Source: Mytilus edulis
Lineage: Eukaryota
Length of the DNA stretch: 64,000 nucleotides
NCBI RefSeq assembly: GCF_963676685.1
Contig: NC_092351.1
Coordinates: 30,938,001-31,002,000 of the forward strand
Direction of reading: 5' to 3'
Below the pieces are notes generated by a model that worked only from the letters and a program-made list of their open reading frames with translations, was not told where the DNA came from and made no database searches. Positions within the stretch are counted from its first letter, which is position 1; each line of letters starts with the position of its first letter. The position numbers and the translations under genes are program-made. Below, piece after piece: positions 1-12,275 of the stretch.

Positions 1-1698
1 ATGAACATTGATGTTTTTACTTGCTGAACATTGGTTTCTCTTACATAAATTAAACATCTCTATACGTTTTGAAATTAATTTTATCTTTTGTTGGATTTGA
101 ACTTTGTCTTGTGTATTTTTTTACTTGTCCACGGGCAACCAAGACAAAAATAATTACTTGTCCGGTTGTTCAAATGTACGAGTCGGGCATAGCATTTCCA
201 CACCCCTGCCATGCGTACAGTAAATCTGTTAAAGAGAAAACCCCTCCTATCCCCCCCTCATTAAATGCACCAAGAATTTCAGGGCTGTAATGTAGGTCAT
301 TTATACACACCAGAATTGTACAAAAAACTTATGTCATGTTTCTGTATACCAAATTATCATGAAATTGAGCTGTTTCCTTCAACATATACAAATATGTAGA
401 AATAATGTACATCGTTTTCATTAAGATACCAGATACGACTAAACATGTAAACAACCCCTGAACTACAATGTTATACGGAATCGTCCATAATGTAAACCCC
501 TAATATACAATGTTGTGTGGAATCGTCCAGGCGCGAATACACGGTTTCCGCTGTTAATGCCAGTGTTATCATGACTGACATTAGGGGATGAAATGCATAT
601 AGATGACTATAAACAGCTGATAAAGTATATTCAATAGTAACTTTTTTGTTCGTTGAAATGTGTGGGATTGTGCAGCACGTGTCATCATGACATGTGTCCC
701 TTCGCGGCCTTCAGTTTAGATTATAGACTAGAGAAGAGACTAAATGCGTACAAACCTGATGTCAAATGAAGATATACGGAATTTAAATAACGTTGATCTT
801 TTAAATGTACGAAACACAAACACATATGACAATTGTTCACATAAAATAGATAGTAATTTTTTTCCCAAATGAACGTCCATTAAAATTAAGTCTGTGATGA
901 ATATTTCCCGCGCAAATGTCATGGAATAGACCAAAACGAATTTTCGGTGTGTGTTGTCATTAAAACATTCGGGTCAATGAACACAGCTAGATTAAATATA
1001 TAAATATGTTAACTATATTTATATTGGTTTTTCAGAAAAGTGACTTTACCAGATTTTTTTGGGTGGCAAACAACGGTAAATAGCCTATATCATCTTACAT
1101 GACATATGAAAACCCCTTAAGCATAATGGTGTGTGTATGGAATAGTCCATGGAATTGTCCAAACCGATACAGGTGAAATACGTAGAATAATATTGCTGTG
1201 TCTATTGTGGGCACAGCAATAAAATCAGATTTAAGATCCTTATGAGCCCGTAGTAAAGTAAAAAAAACTGTAAAAAGCCTTATTTAATAAAATTTGCTCG
1301 ATTAACCTTGAAGTGAAGACTAATAAAAATTGCGTGTATAGTGAACCCCCTAAATAAAATAATACTGTGTTCTAGACCACTTCCCCTTTCGGTGATCTAC
1401 AGAAATGATTTTTTACTATATAGTATGTTAATCAATGCAGCAGTACTTTCTCATCCATATCACATAAATTATTTTTTTCGGAAAATAGGTGGGTGTGTTT
1501 TCCCGCCTTACATTATATGACATTTAAGTTTTCTTTGCGAATCATTTTATCCAAATGAAATGTATGAATGTCTACCAATATGTGAAATTTATGCATAATC
1601 AATTGAATGGAGTTTTATCAATTTCTTTAATTCAACTCTCGGTAATTTGATATATTAAGTATGAAAATTGCGTATGTGTATCCACGAATTAAACCGGT

Positions 1699-1733
1699 CC
1701 AATGCATGTTGCTAAGTAAGCTTTGTATATAAA
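1699..1733 (+). promoter_or_regulatory. Putative core promoter (CCAAT + TATA box) of the secreted-protein gene
   Basis: CCAAT at 1699 and TATATAAA at 1726-1733, about 60 nt upstream of the ATG at 1792. Confidence 0.5.
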
Positions 1734-1791
1734 GCCTCTCCTCAGTATTTGTACGAAGCAATCCAATTTAAAAAAAACAACGCGACAAGAG

Positions 1792-4700
1792 ATGTACAAG
1801 ACGTCCGTCTTATTCATATGCTGTATGGCAATATGTTATATTACGCCAACAAGTAAGTGATGTAAATTACGGTAAAAGTATGATATTTCAATTTAGAGGA
1901 CATATAAGTATTTTCAATTAGCAATCTCGTTTTGTTTTTGTTAAGAATTTAAGAAAACATTATAATTATACTGGGAGGTTTTTTAAGGTTACAATTATAA
2001 GACGGAATTTTTACTCAGTAACTCTGTCAATATAGTCTCTAATACATGGTCTGGTACTTAGACACTGCACTCTAATATGGTCTGTTTAACCTTTTTCAAG
2101 GTTTCATATGAAAAGCTATCTGAAAGGTTGTTAGATAATCTTTTGTATTGGCATTATGATAGCATGTACTGTTTGAAAGAAACCCAATATTGTAATATTA
2201 TATGCTAAACAGAACTTGTCAATTACAGGGAAACCTTTTCAGAACATGTTCAAACATTGACCAAAATTTTCTTCCCCCTGCCTTTTTTCAAATTGTTTGG
2301 TACAAAGGTAAAGCAACAAACGCTGGGACCTATTTTACTTTTTTCTTTTTCTTAGCGGAAATTAAAAATAAATCATCACATTATGAAAGACCAAGTTGAT
2401 ATCAATTTGCATTAAAAAAAAGTATCAAAAGTAAAATTAATACACTTTCAAGTTATGGTTAAAATAGATAAAGTTGAATAATTACTTAAAATAAAGATTT
2501 ATGCAGCAGTATTTCTTTTTAAAAATAACGAGTTGTATCGGCAGTATTATTTATAAAGATGCCAAGTCTATGTTGAAGTATTTTTATGAAGATAACTATT
2601 TTAAATATATGTTGCAGCATATATTTGTCTTTCTATAAACACAATGTATATGGCTACTTGTAAAAAATGGAAAACAACATGTTGAATAATTTAATGCATC
2701 CGAAGCTTTTCTGGACTTACCTTCATCAGGAACGCTCAAAGCCAAACATTTGAAATCCGAAGATGGATAAGTACAGAAAATCGTTGAAGAGCTATATGTA
2801 AAAAAAACCTCAAATAAATAGCCAAATTCATCTAAAGCCAACTTGGCCAAAGGAGTTGAAACCTTGAAGCCGTATTATGTGATATTGAATCAATGTATGA
2901 TTTTTTTTGTACAATGTTTTCAGAAGGGCAATGTATATGGCTACCAAAAGCCGCATTGGGTCTTATTGAAATAATGTAGGATTTTTGTCCAATGTTTTCA
3001 GAAGGGCAATATATATGGCTACTAAAAGCCGCATTGGGTCATTTTGATTTAATGTATGATTTTTGTACAATGGCCTGAGGGAGTTGAAACCTTGAAGCCG
3101 TATTATGTGATATTGAATCAATGTATGATTTTTTTTGTACAATGTTTTCAGAAGGGCAATGTATATGGCTACTAAAAGCCGCATTGGGTCATATTGAAAT
3201 AATGTAGGATTTTTGTCCAATGTTTTCAGAAGGGCAATGTATATGGCTACTAAAAGCCGCATTGGGTCATTTTGATTTAGTGTCTGATTTTTGTACAATG
3301 TTTTCAAAAGGGCAATGTATATGGTTACGAAAAGCCGCATTGGGTCTTATTGAAATAATGTAGAATTTTTGTACAATGTTTTCAGAAGGGCAATTCATAT
3401 GGTTACGTAAAGCTGCATTAGGTCATTTTGAATTCATGTATGATTTGTCATTTGTTTTCAGAAGGGTAATGTTTATGGCTACTAAAAGCCGTATTGTGTG
3501 ATGTTGAATAAATGTATGATTTTTTTGTCCAATGTTTTCAGAAGGGCAATGTATATGGCTACTAAAAGCCGCTTTATGTCATAATGAATTAATGTATCAT
3601 GATTTGTCATTTATTTTCAGAAGGGCAATGTTCGTTACCAGATACCTTACATAATCAGTACTTTCGAAGTTATGCTGGTGTTTCTGCTTGGCCTTTTACT
3701 GAGTCTACAGGGCAATTTTTCACTGACTACGTTACCTATAATGGGTTATTCCCAGCGACGTTTTTGTCGGACAGCCCTGATCGATATGACTGCAAACAAA
3801 ATAAAGGAGATTATTATTTGTTTAAGTAAGTTTGAAAATAGTTTAAGACAGAAAATATGAAAATAAAGAATTAAAACATAATGCAGAAAAATCAAATGTA
3901 ACCGAAAGTGAATTGTAAAGATGAGAAAATGATAATCCTTTTAATCGCTATTTTACAAATATTTTTTTTTCTTATTTATGAAGTCGTGTTGATTCTTCAG
4001 AAACGTCACCAGACACAGAAAAAACTAAAATCATTTTATTGATAGATGATTTGTAACATACATAATTTATATTCATTGTAGATCAGAGAATGCCATACTT
4101 GATCAGATTGAAAATAAACATATATTTCTGTGCATGAAACTAACACAAATTGATACAGGGAAATATGCTTTGTATTATTTTCGTGAAACGGGTAAGTAAA
4201 CAGCTGTTTAATTTACAAGTTGGGACAAAAAACTACAAAAGAAACTAAAATGACTTAAAAACTAGAGGCTCTAAAGAGCCTGTGTCGCTCACATTGGTCT
4301 ATGTGCATATAAAACAAAGGACACAGATGGATTCATGACAAAATTGTGTTTTGGTGATGGTGATGTGTTTGTAGATCCTACTTTACTGAACATTCTTGCT
4401 AATTACAATGTTCTCTATCTGTAATATACTTGGCCCTTAAGATACAGAAGAAAATATTTTGTATGAATTTACAAAATATTACCAAATTAATGAAAATTGT
4501 TAAAAATTTACTATAAAGGACAATAACTCATTAAGGGGTCAACTGACCATTTTGGTGATGTTGACTTTTTCTTAGATCTTACTTTGCTGAAAATTATTGC
4601 TGTTTACAGTTTATCTCTATCTATAATAGTATTCAAGATAATAACCAAAAACGGCAAAATTTCTTTAAAAATTACCAATTGGTGGCAGCAACCCAACAAC

Positions 4701-7700
4701 CAATTGTCCGATTCTTCTGAAATTTCAGGGCAGATAGATATTGACCTGATAAACAATTTAACCACTGTCAGATTTGCTCTAAATACTTTGGTTTCAGAGT
4801 TATAAGCCAAAATCAACATTTTACCCCTATGTTCTATTTTTAGCCATGGCGGCCATCTTGGTTGGTTGGCCGGGTCACCGGACACATTTTTCAAACTAGA
4901 TACCATAGTGATGATTGTGGCCAAGTTTGGTTAAATTTAGCTCAGTAGTTTCAGGAGAAGATTTTTGTAAAAGTTAACGACGACGGACGCCGGACGACGG
5001 ACGCCGGACGACGGACGCCAAGTGATTGGAAAAGCTCACTTGGCCCTTTTAAAAAGTAAAAAAAAACAAACACTTAACAATAAAAAAAAAAAAAAATAGC
5101 AATAAAATTAAGACAAACAACAGTCTATATAACTTAAATATCTAAATCAATTTTAAATAAAAACTGAGCAATACGATCCCCACAAAAAACGGGATAAACT
5201 CAGAAGCTCATGAAAATTCAACAGCTGGTTCTATTCTTATATATTTTTTGTAAATAGCATGATTGATTTAATATAGATGACCATGATGTTGCAACCGTAT
5301 ATTTACTTTTAAATATCTGCATACTAACTAGGTAGTTAGACGAAGTTTTGTAAAACAGACCTTTGGCTCCTTTCACGTTAAATCTTGCAAGTAATGAATT
5401 TAAGAATGGAAGTTTTTAACGACCTTGACTGTCTATACACCCCTTGCACGGTTAGCATAATGAATTTGTTGCTGATTTGGAACAATATATATGCACATTT
5501 GTAGCATTATATGTTGTTGTTGATTTAGAGGGACACATATATATATAATAAATGTTTATAATATGGTTAAGTTTATGTATACATCTATTTTTTTTATTTA
5601 GCTACTCAGCCCGCCGGTGTAACCAAAGGAAGTGTATCAACCAGAACGACGGAATCACAAGACCCTGATATATGTGATATATGCAAAATGCACCCTGGAG
5701 TTCCTGGTGATAATGATTATCATATAATTGTTCGTAAGTTGCATTTCTTGGAATGTCTAGTCCCTTCTGTAGACCTGCCTGTCTTCTTCATTTACGTTTT
5801 CATAGTGATGCAGCTAAGATACTTTTCCAATCAGTGTACCTTTAACAGTTTCCTAGATATATCTCCCAGATATGTTCAACGCATATATCTTCGTATGTGT
5901 CTTTTTATGCCCCATCTACGATAGTAGAGGGGCATTATGTTTTTTGGTCTGTGCGTCCGTTCGTTCGTGGTACCGTCCATCCGTCTGTTCGTCCGTTCGT
6001 CTGTCTGTCCCGCATCAAGTAAAAGTAAAAGGTTTTGGTCAATGTAGTTCATGATATGAAGTTGAAGTCTAATCAACTTGACATATGATACACATGTTCC
6101 CTATAATATGATCCTTCTCATTTTAATGCCAAATAAGAGTTTTTAACCCAATTTCACAGTCCACTGAACATAGAAAATTTAAGTGCGATTGGGACATCTG
6201 AGTAATTTGGACACATTCTTGTTTTAGTTGTTTGTTATCCCAATCATTTACACTGCACAAGGTATATACAAACGTCCGGCAGAATTTTGGAAAACATGAT
6301 TTTCTGGTGGATGTACACGAGACAACAATAAAAAAAATCAAACTATCATTGCTTTCTTCTTATAATAGTTGTTAGTTTTTTTCTTCTCTACCGATGTGTA
6401 GGCAAGAAAATTGGTTAACTACAAACGTGAAAGGAAATATCTCAAAAACAAGTGTGTCCATTTGAAACTTTTGGTTCAATCTATAATTACCATGAACTCT
6501 TTAATTTAGTTTACCCACTAATTTAGATTACGTTAAGGATCTGTGAATAACATAATCAGAAATATAAGGCTTTGTTTCAGAGAGACTATATTTCTGTTCT
6601 CCGAAAAAGCCAAAAACAATACACTTAAAAGTAATCAAATTTTGATCGCTTAAACATTTATTTATATTATCTACATTTTTTCTGTGGCATTACAAATACT
6701 GTTCCGTTTATTTCCCACATCAGAGTCATAGTAGTTTTACCAGCTATTTGGCGGAATCAGAATTTATAACTGCATTCAATGTGACATAAAATGAAAAAAT
6801 AAAGTTATAGTGCATATTTTTTTTATATGAATTAAATATAAATTGATTAGTATTATATGTATAACATTTGAATTTTTTTTAGATGCAGATGACCCTGCAC
6901 AAAGTAAGTATATTTGAATTAAGTGAAATATTGCATAGTACAGAATATCCTAAAATATTTACAGTCGCATAAGAGGAATGGGGTACCCTGACATTTTACA
7001 ATTATGGAGAGAGTTTAAAACAAATTTAACTGAATTGATTCTGTTATGCAAGTTATTCTTATTGCTCAAAACAATCCTCAGCGAAAAAAACAGAAGTATG
7101 AACTAGCAAAAGAAGAAATTGAAAAGAATTAGGAAATCTAAAATTAAAGATATCTGAAACTTATCATATTGCATTCGCAAGCTCTTGCAATGATAAACTG
7201 CTCCCGAAATTCGTCCGCAATATTAATAACTTAAACATGTATAAAGGTTCTGTTTTCAAACTTTCCTTTCAAATATTTATGACAAATATATTATTTGCAA
7301 TAATCATTTTGCGTGATATGTTTATCAAAATGTTTATGTATTACAGTTCCCGCGGACCCACCCCAGGTACCTATTCCAGTCCCTAAAGTTGGGTGTGGAA
7401 TACCTCCAGAGTGCCCTGGCTTTTATGAAGACTCTCGGTGTGTTCCGATAATTGTACCTACACCAATTGAGATATTCTGCCAGTTCTTCTTGGATAATTT
7501 GGAAGTACCAGTGGGAAAAAAACGAGGAGTTCCAGTACGAGGCGATCGTGTATTGAAAGAACTGATGACTAGACACAAAAAGAAAAAGGGAAAAAAGAAA
7601 GGACATTATTGGAAACCAAAATCTGGTTCTGGTTCTGGGTCTCATTCTGCTGAAGAGAATGTATGTTCATGTCCGGAATTCGATGTATTGATTACAGCGT

Positions 7701-7732
7701 GCGAGGAAATTCTTGGTTCCATTAATTATTAA
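1792..7732 (+). CDS. Secreted cysteine-containing protein of unknown family, 6 exons, 304 aa
   Basis: Exons 1792-1852, 3621-3825, 4082-4191, 5602-5733, 6883-6903 and 7347-7732 all have AG/GTAAGT boundaries with matching phases and total 915 nt ending in TAA. N-terminus MYKTSVLFICCMAICYITPTKG|QC is signal-peptide-like. It is followed by a Cys-bearing globular domain, a Pro-rich linker, GKKR, a Lys-rich stretch and SGSGSGS. Confidence 0.85.
2659..2865 (-). mobile_element. Hammerhead-bearing retrozyme/Penelope-type repeat fragment inserted into the intronic minisatellite
   Basis: Interrupts the minisatellite unit at ggctact^(a)aagccg and contains a minimal hammerhead on the minus strand. Confidence 0.6.
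2696..2735 (-). ncRNA. Minimal type I hammerhead ribozyme
   Basis: Minus strand reads GCGUUC-CUGAUGA-AGG UAAGU CCA-GAAA-AGCU-UC^GGAUGC. Stem I is GCGUUC/GGAUGC, the core is intact, and a palindromic AGCU stands in place of stem III. Confidence 0.7.
2866..3631 (+). repeat. ~78-bp intronic minisatellite (about 9-10 units) built from the exon-2 splice acceptor
   Basis: Units contain ttttcag|aagggcaatgt. The aaggg part starts at 2924, 3002, 3152, 3230, 3308, 3386, 3462, 3542 and 3621. The last is the real exon start. Confidence 0.9.
4260..5050 (-). mobile_element. Non-autonomous Helentron-type (HINE-like) element, family A
   Basis: One end is ACTAGAGGCTCTAAAGAGCCT (hairpin) plus subterminal GCTCAC. 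The other end is a GACG-rich microsatellite plus GCTCACTTGGCC. Inserted in an A/T run. Same family as 11016, 12333 and 29287. Confidence 0.75.
5903..6222 (+). mobile_element. Non-autonomous Helentron-type element, family B
   Basis: Starts ttttatgcccc..ggggcattatg, has a GTCC-type microsatellite, ends cattcttgtt. An inverted copy lies at 28490-28792 and a fragment at ~10250-10400. Confidence 0.65.
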
Positions 7733-9917
7733 GCTTCAACAACACTCTCTCAACTTTTTAGTATTTCATAGCTCATGCTTTTTTTGCTTTAACTATATTG
7801 CTGTTACGAAAATATAAAGACAACACAAGTTTTGGACGATAAAATGATTGCAAATTAATAGAGATCATCTTGGTTCAATCGTCTCAATTGAACCAATTGT
7901 ACTTACGTTATTTAAGAGGCGGATTAAGGGGCAAGGTGCTCAACTCCTTTTGTTGTTGACTATTTAAGGAATCACTGCATCACATGCCACTTCTTATGGT
8001 AGTCAGTGCCTTATAAAAATTTCTGGTCTGCCACTGATAAATCCATTTCTCGGTGCTAATTGCCTAGCTAATTATTATGTATAGAATATGCATCTATATG
8101 GTTAACTCATTTGTATGAAGATCTGGATTACAGAATCGTAAATAAATGGACCCGACAAATAAATTATTAAGAAAAAAAGCAAAAACGAAGAAAAGAAAAT
8201 CAGGGGTTGCTAAAATATATGATGGTGAAGATTAGAAAATTATCGCCAAACAAATACAGAATATTGAAAATACCAAAAGTATAATAGAAAAGAAGACCCC
8301 CACCGCAAAAAAAAATAAAAAAAAAAAAATAAGCCCTCTTTCAGACCTTTCGCGTATCCGTTGCTTTAAAATATTCCGCCTGAGCATCTTCGTTAAATTT
8401 TACTCATAGTACTAGCTACAACTTTAATGTATGGTGTGTGTGACACGTGTTTATTTTCAATATGTTTTTTTAAAGCAAAGCTAATTCTGATCAAGTCATG
8501 AATATGATACTTGTTATCAATTTGTTTGGTGCGTTTGATGTGTTTGGGTTTTTGCCATATGACACATGTTATCGTATTTTTTATTTGTTTGATTTGTTTG
8601 AGTTTTTGATTTTGTCATTTGATTAGGGACTTTCCGTTTGGATTGTCATCGGTGTTCAGATTTTTTTTTGTGATTTTACTTTCTACATATGTTGACCGAA
8701 AGTACACCAAGGTATTAAAACTTGTGATTTAGAAAAAAAACTTTCAAAGAATTCGTATTTTCACATTTTTATAAACTTGTTTGTTATTTTGCATTTTTTT
8801 CTTTCTGTTCATTGCTATAGTAATAAATAGTTGTGCATCTATCGGTTTGTTTTGGTTTTATTGTTAATAATACAATTACAAGTTACACAAGTTTATATAT
8901 ACCTCAAAGTACACACGTCAAAATTTTCTTAGATTTTCAACGATTGGCCATACAATGCATAAATAAAACAAATATAAAAACAAAAGTAACCTGACTTATA
9001 TTCCTAAATATGGTAAGTGCTTTTAACGAATTTAATTCCTCAGAAATTTTGAGAAAAAAAAAGAGAAATTTTAAGGATCTTAAGGTCGTTAGTTATTGAG
9101 AACGATAGGTTTTGAGTCGATATTTATTGTGTCAATATTTTTTGTGTCGATAGTTTTGAGAACGATAATTTTTGAGGTGCTGATGCCTTCATAAAGTTGC
9201 ATATTACTGCTTTGTAATAACAAATATGCTTACCGAAGATCATCACTATGAGCTAGACAATGATCAGCTTGACCTGAGGTTTTTAAAGCCTTCACGGGTA
9301 TGCTGGGTGAAATCAGGAACACAAATTATTCAGTGATTCACTCATAAAATACACAAATACGCGGTAACCCGATAGATTAATTTTCAAATTTAATCATAAT
9401 TAAATGATATAGCAGCCGTCAGTATAGGTTTTCAGAAGACTTCCACGAATAATTATCAGCAATACAAAAATCAAAATAGAGATTTTATTCTATCAAGAAT
9501 AATATTCTATTTGTAGAGTGTTCATTGTTGAAGATGCACATAAAGCTATGTACTTTAGTAGGTGAGCGACACAGACTTTTTAAAGCCTCAAGTTATAAAC
9601 ACTTGGATCCTACCTTAAATAAGATAAATCCAGACTACTTATACACATATGAATATCCCATTTGTTACAAGTAGATATTTGAATTCTGATTTGTAGTGAA
9701 GTAAATTAGTATAAATCCGAATTCCATTTTTTACTTGTACATGTGTAGTAGGAGGATTCATGATCTTAATGCAATCCAATGTGTGCTGTAACATGTGCAT
9801 CCGGAAGTGTCTTGAGCTTAATAGAAGACGCATTTTCAGATAAACTTATTACACATCCTTGCTATACGTATACATTATTTCGGGTTTGTCCTGGTACCTT
9901 TGATTACTATTTACACC

Positions 9918-9975
9918 ACTGGGTCGATGCCACTGCTGTTGGACGTTTCGTCCCCGAGGGTATCACCAGCCCAGT
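9918..9975 (+). ncRNA. Conserved 58-nt pseudoknotted RNA motif of unknown function (retrozyme copy)
   Basis: Gapless homolog of the minus-strand motif in the 157-bp array, with 6 compensatory base-pair changes. Confidence 0.65.
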
Positions 9976-10186
9976 AGTCAGCACTTCAGTGTTGACATGA
10001 ATATTAACTATATGGTCATTTTAAAAAAAATTCTGTTACAAAGCTTCGAAATATTCGAAAAACTAAGGATTTTTTTATCCCAGGAATAGATTACCTTAGC
10101 CGTATTTGGCACATTTTTTTGGAATTTTGGGTCCTCAATGCTCTTCAACTTAGTAATTGTTTGGCTTTATAACTAGATTGATCTGA

Positions 10187-10226
10187 GCGCCACTGAAGAG
10201 TCTTATGTAGACGAAACGCGAGTCTG
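10187..10226 (+). ncRNA. Type I hammerhead ribozyme (3' arm of stem I truncated)
   Basis: CUGAAGA at 10193-10199, stem II GUCU/AGAC, GAAA at 10213-10216, GUC site ending at 10224. Confidence 0.75.
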
Positions 10227-10933
10227 TATCAAAGAGATTGATACCCAACTCAACAAGAATGTGTCCATAGTACACGGATATTCCAAGCACTATAATTTTC
10301 TATGTTCAGTGGACCGTGAAATTGGGGTCAAAACTCAAATGTTGCTTTAAAATTATAAAGATCATATAATAGGGAACATGTGTACTAAGTTTCATGTTCA
10401 AAACTTGGAACATCCAAATGAAACATTCAGATATCTATCCAGTATCGTTTTGACAAACCTTCATGGAACTTTATGAAATAAGGGCAGAATCTTCTTTATG
10501 ATAAAAAGACATTATCGACAGCAGCATTTTGAAACTACTGTTATTTTTTTCATTTTCCGTTTTCATGAATAAATATATCTTTTTTGTCGAGCCTTCGACT
10601 TTTGTCGAAAAAGCGAGACATAGTGATCCTAAATTCCGTCGTGGTCGGCGTCCACAAATATTCACTCTGTGGTTAAAGTTTTTGAAATTATAAAAACTTT
10701 CTTAAACTATCCTGGATTTCTACCAAACTTGGACAAAAGCTTACTTATGATCATAAGATGTTATACAAATGTTGCCATTATTTTATGACAGCTAATGTTT
10801 ATGTATGCATAGTAATTTCTGAACATCTGTTGATGGATCAAACCAACAAAACAGGAGGTCATAAGGTGACATAAGTGGTATGAACAAGCTAGTTTGTTTT
10901 TTGAGAGTTAAAACATATAGTGACTTTAATATG

Positions 10934-11015
10934 TATCAAAGGTACCAGGATTATAATTTAATACACTAGAAGCGCATTTCGTCTACACAAGACTCATCAG
11001 TGACGCTCAGATCAA
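10934..11015 (-). mobile_element. Second retrozyme copy with degenerate hammerhead (10963-11007), split by later insertions; continues at 12276-12334 and 20328-20356
   Basis: Minus strand reads gcgtca-CTGATGA-gtct tgtgt agac-GAAA-tgcgcttc. The downstream pieces match the plus copy (10091-10185) contiguously once the insertions are removed. Confidence 0.75.
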
Positions 11016-12275
11016 ACTAGAGGCTCTCAAGAGCCTGTATCGCTCACTTGACTCTACTTGGGTTTTTGAAATCATATAAAAAAAGATAAAATTTGGCTAC
11101 AAAGTTACAAAACTTGGTCAGCACCTCATAAGGAACAATAATGCTATGTTGGGTTCCATTCCATTCAGTGGTTCTCTAAAAGAAGACTTTTGTATGCATT
11201 TCCCATAGGGTCCTATGTTAAACTAAACCCCCCGCTGGCGGCCATCTTGGATGATGGATCGGCTACAAAGTAACAACTCTTGGTCAGCATCTCATAAGAA
11301 ACATTTATGCTATGTTTGATTTCATTACATCAAGTGGTTCAATTTGAATGTATTTCCCTTAGGGTCCTATGTTAAACAAAGTCCACCAACTGGCGACCAT
11401 CTTGGATGATGGATCGGCGACAAAGTAACATCACTTTGTCAGCATCTCATTGGGAACATTCATACTATGTTTTGTTTCATTCCATTCAGTGGTTCACTAA
11501 AAGAAGACATTTGTATGTATTTCCCATATTGTCCTACGTAAAACTAAGTCCCCTGCTGGCAACCATCTTGGATGATGGATCGGCTACAAAGTAACAACAC
11601 TTGGTCAACACTTCATAAGGAACATTCATGCCATGTTTGGTTTTATTCCATTCAATGGTTCTTTAGAAGAAACCATTTGTTTGCATTTCCCATAGGGACC
11701 TATGTTAAACTAAGTCCCCCGCTAGTGGCCGTCTTGGATGATGGATCGGCTACAAAGAAACAACACTTGGTCAGCACCTCATAAGGATCATTCATGCCAT
11801 GTTTGGTTTCATTCCATTCAGTGGTTCTCTAAAAGAAGTCATTTGTATGCATTTCCCAAAGGGACCTATGTTAAACTAAGTCCCCCGCTGGCGGCCATCT
11901 TGGATCATGGATCGGCTACAAAGTAACAACACTTGGTCAGCACCTCATTAGGGACATTCATGCCATGTTTGGTTTCATTCCATTCAGTGGTTCTCTAAAA
12001 GGAGTCATTTGTATGCATTTCCCATAGAGTCCTATGTTAAACTAAGTTCCCAGATGGCAGACATCTTGGATGATGGATCGGCTACAAAGTAACAACACTT
12101 GGTCAGCATCTCATAAGGAACTTTCATGCCATGTTTGATTTTATTCCATTCAGTGGTTCTCTAGAAGAAGTTCAAAATGTAAAATGTTGACGACGACGAC
12201 GACGGACGACGGACGTCAGACGACGAACCCAAAGTGATGAGAAAAGCTCACTTGGCCCTTCGGGCAGGTGATCTA
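11016..12275 (-). mobile_element. HINE-like element (family A) carrying ~6.5 copies of a 166-bp satellite
   Basis: Terminal hairpin aggctc-tcaa-gagcct, 166-bp period (11406, 11572, 11738), ggcggccatcttgg core, GAC microsatellite, gctcacttggcc...caggtga end. Confidence 0.8.

Larger units (their letters stand above)
9889..10226 (+). mobile_element. Non-LTR retrozyme monomer (~355-nt unit) ending at a type I hammerhead
   Basis: Ends CUGAAGA-GUCU UAUGU AGAC-GAAA-CGCGA-GUC^UG (core 10193-10224). The minus copy at 10934 shows that the sequence after the hammerhead (..tcctggtacctttgat) equals the start of this copy, so the unit is circularly permuted/tandem. Confidence 0.8.

Noticed and set aside
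2963-3340. 125-aa repetitive minus-strand ORF
   Set aside because: It is the translation of the 78-bp minisatellite, antisense to an intron.
9938-9975. Antisense hammerhead-like string CUGGUGA..CCCUCGGGGAC-GAAA-CGUC inside the retrozyme
   Set aside because: The core is non-canonical, the base of stem II is unpaired, and GAAA is not kept in the homologous array motif. The pseudoknot on the other strand explains the conservation better.
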